Positions 51,735 to 64,000 of a DNA stretch of 64,000 nucleotides are shown piece after piece. Source of the DNA: Octopus sinensis (lineage: Eukaryota); the NCBI RefSeq assembly GCF_006345805.1, contig NC_043005.1, positions 42,222,001-42,286,000 of the forward strand. Direction: 5' to 3'. The notes beneath the pieces are model-generated. The model was not told where the DNA came from and did not search any database. It was given only the letters and a program-made list of their open reading frames with translations. Within the stretch, counting starts at the first letter, position 1. Every line of letters starts with the position of its first letter. The translations under genes were made by a program, and so were the position numbers.

Positions 51735-52214
51735 GTTTTGTCTTGGTATAAAAGATGGGCTACAGCAAATATTCTGCTCAATACTACAGATTTGCTTGTC
51801 AGTTGTTTGACCTTAACCAGTTGAGCATGTCCCTTAGTGGCTGACGATATGTGCATCTCTGATCACGAGCAGAAGTAGTGGGGGAGCATCATAGCCATGT
51901 TTTGAGAGGGATTCTTTGGGGTTTGAATAATTCACCTCTGGAAACATGGGTGGTTCTTTCAACATCCTTAAACAACCCTTATTCAGGGACCTTTTGAGTG
52001 GGAAGGGCTACTCGACCTGAAGAAAATTCTAACTGGGCCCCACCTGCAAGGTCATGTGCTGTTTATCTTGATATGAGATCACCATGTCGCGCACATATGG
52101 TTGTGATGCATGTGCCTGGTGTACCCTTATCAGACGGGTAGTCATGATAAGTATATTGGGCTTCGTATATTTTACCCCAGTGTCACTTTGATGGCATGAA
52201 CTGCTCTCTCACTC
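51735..52214 (+). mobile_element. Family B element, 5'-truncated
   Basis: Reverse complement of most of 720-1277. (AAT)n on both sides. Confidence 0.88.
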
Positions 52215-52250
52215 AATAATAATAATAATAATAATAATGATATTTAAAAA

Positions 52251-52668
52251 GGCGGCGAGCTGGCAGAAACATTAGCACGCCGGGCGAAATGCTTAGCGGT
52301 ATTTCGTCTGCCGCTACGTTCTGAGTTCAAATTCCGCCGAGGTCGACTTTGCCTTTCATCCTTTCGGGGTCGACTAAATAAGTGCCAGTTACGCACTGGG
52401 ATCGATATAATCGATTTAATCCGTTTGTCTGTCTTTGTTTGTCCCCTCTGTATTTAGCCCCTTGTGAGTAGTAAAGAAATAGGTATTTCGTCTGCCGCAC
52501 TTTCTGAGTTCAAATTCTGCCGAGGTCGACTTTGCTCTTCATCCTTTCGGGGTCGACTAAATAAGTACCAGGTACGCACTGGGGTCGATATAATCGACTT
52601 AATCCGTTTGTCTGTCCTTGTTTGTCCCCTCTGAGTGTAGCCCCTTGTGGGTAGTAAAGAAATAAGAA
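52251..52668 (+). mobile_element. Family A SINE dimer
   Basis: Junction AAAGAAATAG-GTATTTCGTCTG near 52482. Confidence 0.88.
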
Positions 52669-53489
52669 ACAAATGCGTATTCATCTTCTATACCTATACC
52701 TCTCTGTCTCTCATTCCCTCTCCTATACTTATTCGCTGTTTCACTGACGATCACCTTCTCGGTTTCTCACTTTCTCTGTCCCTATGACCTCCTGGTAATC
52801 ACTATTTGCCTTTATTTTACAGCTCTCATGCGATTCGCATATGTATGTGTCTGTGTATGTGTGTATGTGTGTATATATATATATATATACTTATATCCAT
52901 TTTCTTAACCTCCACCTTGTATTTCATCAACTCTTAGTTCAGGAAAGTATATTGGCAATTCCTACACGCTTAGCGGTTCGGCGAAAGTGACGGGTAGAAT
53001 AAGTACTAGGCTTAATAAAATGTACTGGGATACATCTGTTCCACTAAAATTCTATAAAGCGGTGCTCTGGTAAGGCCGCTGTCTAATGACCAAAACAATT
53101 AAAGGACCAAAGATAATTAACAAGTAATTTTTCAAGACTTTTCAAACTCTTCTTCTGGTCACGTAATTTATTGTTTTACAAGAGAATATTAGTTTTAATT
53201 TTATTTTCAAAGAACTTTTTTTGTTTGAAAATGAAATCTACACACAAAGAGAAGAATGTTTATGCAAATTTCATAGCTTTATTTTCTCTAAGTTTCCACT
53301 TTATTTTCACTTAAGGAAAATTCATGAGAACCTTTAATAAAACTCTGTCATACAACATTTTCCCTAAAAATTACCCAAACATTCGAACATTTGTAGTGGC
53401 GTTTTTGTCATTTTAATTCGCATTTCCATTTTTAGAGGGTCACCATTTAAGGAAGATTTTGCAGATAATTCTCTCGTGTCGTAAAAGCA

Positions 53490-53708
53490 CGTAGAAAATC
53501 GCTCCTTGTTACCTCGTGTGTACCGTTGGCGGCTTTTTTCCCTCTGTCTTCCCTTCTCTGGATCTTTCCTTCTCCTATGTTTCCGACGAAGAGCTCCGCT
53601 CGAAACGTTAAACCCTCCTTCTTTCCTTCTTTCCTGAGCGTCCAATAATACTATATTTGTTCCACGTTCTCGCGTTGTTGTGTTTTTTTTGTGTTTTCTT
53701 GTTTGGAT

Positions 53709-53712
<4 letters not shown>
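53490..53712 (+). mobile_element. PLE-like terminus, family P3, with hammerhead fold at 53579-53613
   Basis: GTTT-CCGACGA-A-GAGC-TCC-GCTC-GAA-ACGT-T-AAAC, then a GT/T-rich tail running into (TA)n. Confidence 0.6.
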
Positions 53713-53779
<67 letters not shown>

Positions 53780-54544
53780 GCATGTATGTATGTATGTGTG
53801 TGTGTATATTATAACTATATATCTATGTATGTGTCTTTGTATCTGTGTATGTCTTCTCCATCAACGCTTGACAATCGGTCTTGGTGGATTTACGTTTCTG
53901 CAATATAGCGGTTCGGCAAAAGTAACTGATAGGATAAGTACTAGGTTTAAAAATAAGTCCTGATGTTGATTTGTTGGGCTAAAACCCTATAAGGCGGTAC
54001 TCCAGCATGACCGCTGTCAAATGACTGAAACACGTAAAAGAATAGAAGAATAAAAGTATATATATATACACTGATAGATAGATGAATTCCTTAGTTCCTT
54101 TATGAACACACTAATTTTAGTAAACGTGTGTGCGTGTGTGCGTTCGTGTGTGTGTGCGTGTGTGCGTTCGTGTGTGTGTGTGCGTGTGTGCGTTCGTGTG
54201 TGTGTGCGTGTGTGCGTTCGTGTGTGTGCGTGTGTGTGTGGATGTGTGTGGATGTGTATGTGTGTGTATATAAGTGTGTGTTTATATGTCTCTGTGATTG
54301 TATTTGTCTTACATTAGCCATTTGTTTTTTTTTATTTCCCGATAACTTAGCACTTCGGCAAAAGAGACCAATAGAATAAGTACCCGACTTAAAATTAAAA
54401 AAAAAAACTGTGGTCGACTTGATTTATTAAACCGTTGAAGGTGGTGCTCCAGCATGGTCTCAGTCCTATAACTGAAGTTAGTAAAAAGTAAAAGATAAGA
54501 TGTGTAATCAATAGAAGGTACTGGAGGGGTTGGCACCAAATTTT

Positions 54545-54850
54545 GGCATCGAGAGATTTACAAGTCCCCGAACTAGATGTCACTGCACTTTTCCAAAGGT
54601 CCCGGTCATCGCGTGTAGACTGAGGATCATGAACTGCAATAGCTTGGGATTCGAGGGTCCATGGTTACTTAATATCTTGCCAAAACATTTGAGGTATCTA
54701 CATGGAGTAAGTGTAGATGTTTTCAAGAAACAATTTGACATCCTGCTCACCAAGGTCCCTGATGAACCTACATCACGGCAAGAATCTCAAAAGAGAGCAG
54801 CAATGTGGAACTCTCTCCTTCATCAAAAGACAATCACCAAAGTAAATATT
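54545..54850 (+). pseudogene. CR1/L2-like LINE 3' fragment
   Basis: GPWLLNILPKHLR...VDVFKKQFDILLTKVPDEP...NSLLHQ resembles the C-terminus of invertebrate CR1/L2 ORF2. Confidence 0.7.
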
Positions 54851-55789
54851 TAAAAGGTGATAACACTAGCAGTGCTCCAGCATGGTCACAGCCTTTGAAC
54901 TGAAACGCATAAAAAATATCGGAAGAAAGGATTTACATTAATGAAGTGCTCATTGAATTGAATACGCAATCTAGTTTCGATTCTAGTTAAAACCATTATT
55001 TTCTTCCAAGTCATGTATTAGAAAAGAATTTAAATTTTATTCGAACATACTTTAAGCAATGACACTTCTGTTGAAAAACTAGCAATCTTGTAGTTCCATT
55101 ATTGTGGTCCTGGAGAGTGCAGAACCTTGTCCGTGATTTGGAAGAGTAAACTGTTTTGATAAATACATACCACAAGATTTGAAGGCAAAGCAAGGCTAGT
55201 CTGATAGACAAGTTATATAACATTAAGCTACTCTTAAGCATGTGAATGGAGAAATTTATTTAAAACTATTTACTGCTAATTTATCTTTGGTAACGTTCTT
55301 TGAAAGCGAATTGAATGAAATTGTAAAAGAATAATAATATTCTGATGATTAAGAAACTTTCAAGAACTTAATATTTGGCATAGTTTCTGGCTAGAAGGCA
55401 GAAAAATATCTGTTAGTGTTCTATAGAATAAGGATTAAAAGTCTATGCATTTCGCCCTTCGTGTATGTGTGTGTGTGCGTGTGGATGTATGTGCCTTTGT
55501 GCGTGTGTATGTGTGTGTATGTATGCATGTAGTTATGCATGTATGTATTATGTATGTATATGTATTTATACATATACATAAGCGTATACAGCAAAAGAGA
55601 TATATGTGCAAATGTATGTATGTATGCATATAATTATGCATGTATGTATGTGCATGTATGCACATATATATATATATATATATATATTTATAAGTAAGTA
55701 GGTATGTATACATAAATAAATATGCATGCATACATACATACTTTATGTAAATGTATGTAAATAGGTATGTATATTATTCGTACGTATGC

Positions 55790-55863
<74 letters not shown>

Positions 55864-56052
55864 ATGTATATATATATATATACATGTGTGTGTGTATATA
55901 CATATGCGTGTATGCATGTGTGTAATGTATGTATGTATGTATGTTTGTATGTACGAGGAAATGCTGAGATGTTTCGGGCTTTCAGTAAAGGAAAATACAG
56001 GAGGATCGGTAATTATGATTTTATCCAACATATTCCCGCTCACATTCACATA

Positions 56053-57205
56053 CAGGGTGAGACAAAGAGGATGGACATTTTTGAAAAGTTCGCAAAATCA
56101 TTAATTTTAGCTGCAAACAAATTTTCTTGACATCAAAGTGTTTGTACTGAATTAGCATTTGTCGAAATTAAGTGTGGAAAGCAACCTCCATCATGTGGTA
56201 TCCGTTTTCATTAATGCATTTCTGAAGGCGTTTTTGGAATTTGGCCTTCACCCTCTCCAGCAACGCTCTATTGTGTTGGGCAACTTCTACGCGACTAGCT
56301 TCCTTTAGATCGTCCAATGTACTGGGCTTCTGAGCACACACACGTGCCTTGAGATTTCCCCATAAGAAATAATCACACATGGACAAATCAGAGGAGCGGG
56401 TGGGGTCTCAAGGAATCTCAGTAAATCTGGAAAAGAGGCGGTCACTGAAGAAAGGGCGAAGAACGTCCATTGATGCTTTGGCTGAGTGAGCCGTTGTCCC
56501 ATCCTGTTGAAACCACACACATCAAACAGGCAAACGTTTTCGTTGTAATTCAGGCACAAAAAAGTTGTTTATCATCTCAATGCAACGCTCGGGGTTCACA
56601 GTAACAATATTTCATATTTCCAATATTGTCTTCAAAAAAGTAAAGACCAATGACGGCAGCTTTTCCAACAAAATGTCAGACTTTCACTTTTGAGCTATTC
56701 AGTGGTCTTCTGTGCAATTCTCTCGGATTTTCAAGAGCCCAATAGCGACAGTTCTGTTGATTCACCATGCCATTGAGATGAAAACAGGTTTCATAACTCA
56801 TTAACAGAATGAGGTTGTCATTTTCCTCAAAAATTAGTTCCATCTGACGTACGAAGATGAGCCGCTCTGCATAGTCCCGTGGTTTCAACTGTTGTCCAAT
56901 GACCAATTTGTACGGGTGGAAATGCAGGTCTTCATGCAAAATACGCCTTTCTGATCAATTACTGATACCAAGTTCAGCGGAATGCCTCCGAGCAGAGTGA
57001 TTCAGACAGCGTATCAAAGCATTCCACATTTTCCGGGGTCCGTACCGTTCGTGGCGCCCACCGGTCTCCTATTCAATAGTGTACCTCGTGTACGAAATGC
57101 ATTCACCCAACGGAAGATTTTGTTACAGGTGGGAACAGCCTGATTTCGATGAATGTTGAAGTGGCGCCGAAACTCACGCTGAACTGCTGTGACAGGCTGG
57201 TTATT
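56053..57205 (-). mobile_element. Tc1/mariner-superfamily (DUF4817-like, rosa/maT-type) transposon, 5' end missing
   Basis: SVTAVQREFRRHF-like N-terminus, FHLNGMVNQQNCRYW, CDYFLWGNLK. One CAGGGTG terminus sits at a TA inside a mariner MITE. The other end is interrupted by a P1 element. Confidence 0.85.
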
Positions 57206-57357
57206 CCTATTATTTACATTATTTACATTTGACGGAAATTTGCCCTCATCTTGTTTGTTGTTAACACAACGTTTCGGCTAATATACCCTCCAGCCTTCAT
57301 CAGGTACCTTTGGAAAATTTTGAACCTGGGTTCTCATTCCTAAGGTATTTTTCGATG
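57205..57357 (-). mobile_element. PLE family P1 copy with hammerhead fold at 57264-57307
   Basis: Reverse complement reads GTAC-CTGATGA-A-GGCTG..TAGCC-GAA-ACGT-T-GTGT. Confidence 0.75.
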
Positions 57358-57389
57358 TTATTATTATTATTATCATTATTATTATTATT

Positions 57390-57509
57390 CAGGTCAATGC
57401 CTGGAATCGAAGTTGGAATCTTGGGGCTAGTAACCCACGTACTTAACCCCTACGCCATATGCCCGCTTTTAACCCCAAGATTCCGAATTCGATTCCAGGC
57501 TGTGACCTG
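57390..57509. mobile_element. Head-to-head pair of family C elements (57390-57464 minus, 57465-57509 plus)
   Basis: Inverted repeat with (ATT)n on the left and (AAT)n on the right. Confidence 0.8.
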
Positions 57510-57522
57510 AATAATAATAATA

Positions 57523-58010
<488 letters not shown>

Positions 58011-58047
58011 AATATATACATGTATATATGTATATGTGTATATGTAG

Positions 58048-58400
58048 GCATTTCGGGCTCAGCTGATAGTACCCGGTATGGGCCCCTATCCAGGGTTACG
58101 GAAAGGAGACAAATCCGGAATGGAGCCCCGTAGGCGGTTTAGTGTTCCACTCGACACACTTCCGGCAGCTCCTGCAACCAAACTGGTGCCAAAGGTAATG
58201 CTCTGCACTCCTTTGGGCTATGTCAGCAAGGTCGAGAGAGGAATCCTGACGACTGGGTTACCCAGGATTTTCTTACATCTAGCCTAGGCCTGCGCAAAAC
58301 TGGAGAGGACATGAAATGTAAAAACCAAGACTGGATTAGTTTATGCGCAACTCCATTGTCTCCCGAGACAAAAGGGTACCAACAACATACATGCGCATAT
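58048..58400 (+). mobile_element. RTE/BovB-like LINE 5' UTR fragment
   Basis: GC-rich island. CAGCTCCTGCAACCAAACTGGTGCCAAAGG...CCTTTGG...GACGACTGGG..ACCCAGGAT resembles RTE 5' ends as I remember them. Not verified by search. Confidence 0.5.
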
Positions 58401-59623
58401 GTTCTATAAAACACCAATAAAACTAAGGCTATATGACTATATTTGTGTGTTTGTATGGATCACTACTGTTCAATAAAGGATTAATATCCTTATATTCCAG
58501 CTTTGGACCTAACACCTATCATTAAATTTCAAAATGTGAAACGTAAGGTTGCTAAAAAATTAAACAGTGCGCTCATCACTTACACGAATTGTAACTTCTC
58601 TCTTTTGTCCCCTGTTTTCGAAAATTCATCAGTTCGAAAGCAGATGGAACAGGGCTTTAGTTATGTAAGTGGGGAATTTGATTCATGATGTAGATTCTAC
58701 AGAACGTTTCTATTACGATCAAGGTTTTAATATGAGCTGATGTTTTATTGGCAGAAGAGGGAAATGTGACGGAATTGAATGTGAGAACAATAGTGAAAAG
58801 CAAGCGACATGAATGTCAAAGTGTCAGGATAGAATGCGACACAGGATTCTTAGGAATACCTTGTTATACCTTATTAAATTTAGTATAAAACTACTTTTCT
58901 AGTAAAATGGATTTGTGGTATACATTCCTTGAAACAAACTTTAGGAGACGTAAGTTTATACCTAACTATCAGATGCACTGTATACACCCTGATGAACGTG
59001 CACATACGTGCACGCACGCACAGACAAAAACACACACATACACACACACACACTCACACACACACACACACACACGCACACACTCACAAGATGAACTAAC
59101 AAAGACAAAAAAACAGAATACAGTGAAGTAACATCTAAGCAAAGTCGTAATTTTGAATACACATCAAACAAAGGGATATATAATTAAATAAATATGTGAC
59201 TAAATGAATAGATAAAGATATATGGGAATTAATGAAAGATCCAACATAAAAATACCAGAGTAGTTAAGCTTATCTTTGCAAAACATAACCCACACCTTTT
59301 GATATATATTTCAATGAACGAACGATAGATTTCTTCTAGCAAAAATGTGTTTTTGTGTTCAATATCAATTTTACGATGTCGCATCTTTGTTTAATCTTTT
59401 TCGAAAAGAAATCTCTATGTAAAAGGCATACATGCGTATCTCAAATAAAAATGCATGCATACATATATAGACATGTACACATACATACATGCATACAAAG
59501 ATATACATATACATACATATATATATTCATACATATATATGTATATATATGCGTGTGTGTGTATGTGTGTGTACATATATGCATACATATATACATGTAA
59601 ATATAAATATACTTATGTGTTTA

Positions 59624-59665
<42 letters not shown>

Positions 59666-59822
59666 AGTATATATATATGTATATACACATATATAATATA
59701 ACATCATATTATATACATACATATATATATGCACACATATATATATATATATTCATAAATATATTTATGCAAAGAAACATAAATACATAAATACATATGA
59801 CATATGTACGTTAGTGTGTGCG

Positions 59823-59900
<78 letters not shown>

Positions 59901-60096
59901 CGTATATACATAAACATATACACCCTCATACTCGCACATAGAAACCAAACTCACATTCACACACGCGCACTCAAACGTATGCACCCACCTGCATATACTT
60001 AATTTCATAAATATACATATACAATATATGTGTACGTTCGCGAGTATGCAAGATTGTGCACGTATGGTGGATATCGATGTAAGTCTGGCTGCGCAA

Positions 60097-60131
<35 letters not shown>

Positions 60132-60642
60132 CATACATACATACATACATACATACATACATACATACATACATACATACATACATACATACATACATGC
60201 ATGCATACATACAAAGAGTGACCGTATATCACAGAGAGAACTGTAAATACGTGTTGAAGCATGTATTTATTTGCACTTCGTATGTGAGATTGAAACATTA
60301 TAAGTCTAAATCAAACATTCTGAGTGACTTCTCAAATAGCTTTGATATAAAAACTAAGGTGAAAGGATTAACGATGTCAGATTATTATAGTTGTTAAGCT
60401 GTTAGCATTAAAGCCGAGATAAAGCCTGTTCAATCACATTTTCTCGATGATTTTCAATTCTGATTATTAGAACAGACACTAAAAATACGATGAAACGATT
60501 TCTAAGAACAACTAAAATTTTATTGTGCTAAATTCATACTAAATTCACCTTGTTTCCAACTCTATATCGCTTATAGCTAGCTGTACAGTGGGACGTTTCT
60601 ACGAAGCGAATGTGACGATGACAGGTTCGAATGCGTATTCTA

Positions 60643-61881
60643 TTGGGTTGGTAACTAAGTCCCCGCCCTTTTTTTTTTATTTTTGGAATTTATTGCGTTT
60701 TTAAATTTTGGAATATATTTTTTTTTCTAGTTACTTTTAGTTAACTTTTGTTTATTATTAGATCATTAAAATGGAATATCAAGTTAAGAAAAACGAGCAT
60801 TTTCGACACCTTTTTGCTTTTAATCAAGGTTCTAAGGCCGCAACAAACTGCCTGCGACATTTGTGCTGTGTATGGAGAGGGTGCCATAGATGAAAGAACC
60901 GCTTGTGATTGGTATACCAAGTTCAAAAATAGAAATTTTGACATTAAAGACGCGCCTCATTCTGGCCGTCCAGTTGAGTTCGATGAAGAGCGATTAAACC
61001 AAATTTTGCACGAACATTCTCATCATACGACAAGGGAACTGGCAGAGAAAATGGAATGCTCCTACACTGTTATAGAGAAGCATCTTCATTCGATGGGTAA
61101 GGTTCAGAAGTATAGAGCATGGGTTCTTCATGCTTTATGTGACAACAACAAAAATTAACGAGCTACAATCTCCGCTGGTTTGCTTGCTGGTCACCGCTCA
61201 ACTCACGGACACAAGCACCGATTTCTTTACCGAATCGTTACCGGCTACGAAAATGGTGCCTGTACATCAATATGAAGCAGCGTAAGGAATGGCTTAGCCG
61301 AGAAACAAGCGACACCGCGCGTGAAACAAGACCTTCATCCGCGTAAAACGATGTTGCGCGTATGGTGAGACTGGGAAGGGATTATCCATTACGAATTGCT
61401 TGAACGGAACCAAACGGTCAATGTGGAACTCTATGTTCAACAGATGGAACAACTCAACACGGCTATTCAAGAGAATAGACCTAATCGTCAGTATGGAGTT
61501 CTTCAGTGCACGACAACGCCCCACCCGCCCTCATATCGCCAATATGACCAAGGAAGCCATTCAAACGCATGGCTGGGAACTGCTGCCGCACCCGCCGTAC
61601 TCTCCTGATTTGGCACCAACGAATTTCCATCTCTTTCGATCTCTTTCAAATGCTATGCACGGAGTTTCGTTCAATACTGATTCAGAATTCAGAGCTTGGT
61701 TGGATCAAGTTTTCGAGTTGAAATCGGGTGATTTCTACCAACGAGATATTGAAAATCTTGTTCAACGTTGGGAAGAAGTTGTGAACAACAAGGGTGAATA
61801 CATTATTGTAGTTATTTTTTTATTAAACCTTTAAAAAAATTAAAATGTTAAAAAATGGCAGTAACTTAGTTGCCAACCCAA
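60643..61881 (+). mobile_element. Full-length defective mariner transposon (1239 bp)
   Basis: TIRs TTGGGTTGGTAACTAAGT / ACTTAGTTGCCAACCCAA, TA TSDs. Transposase MEYQVKKNEHFRH..., WVLHAL, HPPYSPDLAPTNFHLFRSL, broken by stops and frameshifts. Confidence 0.95.
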
Positions 61882-62906
61882 TACTTTGTTGCAGACAAAC
61901 TGAAGAGAAACTGATACAATTTTCATTGTCAGGCATTTTGAAAATCACACTTTAATATTCAACCTTAAATTGCGGTCAACAGGATCTTTCCTTTCCTTTA
62001 TATTCTACATTAAAATGTTATTCAGACGATCTAATTTGCTTTTGGAAGTTAACAGATTGGTAATTTGCTTTCAATATATAGCTTTGATTAGATTTCAAGC
62101 TTCGTTGAAAATAACTTCCTGAAACTTAGAATTAATAATTGGTTGAAGAATGAGCATTTTCTTTTTGTGTGTGTTTACTATTTATTGTTGGTGTTATTGT
62201 TACTGTTGACGACCATGCTGAGAATGATAGGTTAGTTAGTCTCGTTGGCTATAAACGTTGAAGATGCTAAAACTGTTGTTGTTGTTGTTGTTGTTATTGT
62301 TGTTGACATTATGTTTGTGAAACTAGTGGTAGTAGAGGGACGGCAAAATAGATTGTTAATGAGGTGATAATGTAATTAGGTCGTAAGCTCATCTAATCCA
62401 CTCATTATTTTAAATGTATATGATTTCCTTTGTTTCGGGTTGAAAATTACTGATATGATTAGTAATTAAAATCATATGCTAGACAGAACCATAACACATC
62501 ATTTCATCTACAATTACTCATTTCAAACAGAAGTAAAATTCCATAAATGTATAATGTGCCCTCTTTCATTTCATTAATTTTAGTATATCCTAAATAAAAG
62601 TCGACATACTTAAAACATCGTCTGTTATTCTTTAGGCTTGAATTCAGCAAAGATATCAATATATTTGTACGATTGTAATTTCGTATCAGGAAATATATAT
62701 CCTATTGTCTTAGCTATGTTTACACAAATGCTATGCAATTATTTGATATAAGCATCTTCACACTTGTTATAATTTTCTAATTCTTTAAAGTCTGATTGTC
62801 TCAAACTTCCTTTATTTTCTTTTTAGCGGGGTGGGGGTAGGGGATTTGGACGATCACACAAATACACAAACAGACAGAAGTCTGTTTTATTCCTATACTT
62901 TTGAAG

Positions 62907-63232
62907 GCGCATGGCTCACTAGTTAGAGCGTCGAGCTTACGATCGTGAGGTTGTGAGTTCGAATCCCAGACCGGGCTGCCTTTGTGTTCTTGAGCAAGAC
63001 ACTTTATTTCACGTTGCTCCAGTTCACTCAGCTGTAGAAATGAGTTGTGATGTCACAGGTGCCAAGCTGTATCTGATGTTGCCTTTCCCTTGGATAACAT
63101 CAATGGCGTGGTGAGGAGAGGCCAGTATACATGGGCGACTGCTGGTCTTCCATAAATCAACCTTGCCCGGACTTATACCTGGGAGGGTTAATTTCTAAGT
63201 GCAATCCCACGGTCAGTCATGAGCGAAGGGGG
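62907..63232 (+). mobile_element. tRNA-derived SINE, a further family with CORE-like centre
   Basis: GGCGCATGGCTCACTAGTTAGAGC A-box, GAGTTCGAATCCC B-box, TTCTTGAGCAAGACACTTT block. Confidence 0.75.
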
Positions 63233-63239
63233 TCTCAAT

Positions 63240-63440
63240 TCTTTTACTTGTTTCATTCATCTGACTGCAGCCATGCTGGAGCACTGCCTTTTAGTCGAAC
63301 AAACCAACCCAGGGACTTATACTTTGTAAGCATTGTACTTATTCTATAGGGCACTTTTGCCGAACCGCTAACCTATGGGGACGTAAAGATACCAAAATCA
63401 GTTGTCAAGCGATGGTGGTGGGACAAACACAGACACACCA
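63240..63440 (-). mobile_element. Family O SINE 3' half
   Basis: Colinear with 8640-8810. Confidence 0.8.
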
Positions 63441-63474
63441 ATATACGTGCATATATACATACATAATACATACA

Positions 63475-63894
<420 letters not shown>

Positions 63895-63916
63895 GTTATG
63901 TATATATGTATGTATG

Positions 63917-63950
<34 letters not shown>

Positions 63951-63963
63951 ATATATATGTATG

Positions 63964-64000
<37 letters not shown>

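Noticed and set aside
62907-62985. tRNA gene
   Set aside because: The tRNA-like head runs straight into a SINE body and has no complete acceptor stem or terminator. The same applies to 51600-51667.

Overview
AT-rich eukaryotic genomic DNA, not prokaryotic. The repeat families and the extreme (AT)n/(AC)n/(AAT)n microsatellite density suggest a cephalopod, probably Octopus (inferred from repeat sequence only). No complete host gene is recognisable. Most long ORFs in the track are microsatellite translations. The window contains: (1) an R4/Dong-type REL-endonuclease LINE (2.7 kb, 5'-truncated) plus a 3x tandem ~1.2 kb unit of its 3' end, and a second Dong family, all inserted in (AAT)n; (2) two non-coding elements with (AAT)n tails, a ~560 bp element and a ~70 bp tRNA-head element; (3) abundant tRNA-derived SINEs, one family forming multimers that restart at a fixed internal site; (4) three Penelope-like families carrying minimal hammerhead ribozyme folds, two with a non-canonical CCGACGA core; (5) mariner, Tc1-like, hAT, Helitron, RTE, CR1/L2-like and RNase H LINE relics; (6) a 2.2-2.35 kb tandem duplication with a templated-insertion scar; (7) tentative splice-bounded exons around a CCAAT/GC-box/Inr promoter near 5.5 kb. 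Coordinates were counted by hand, and element boundaries are approximate.
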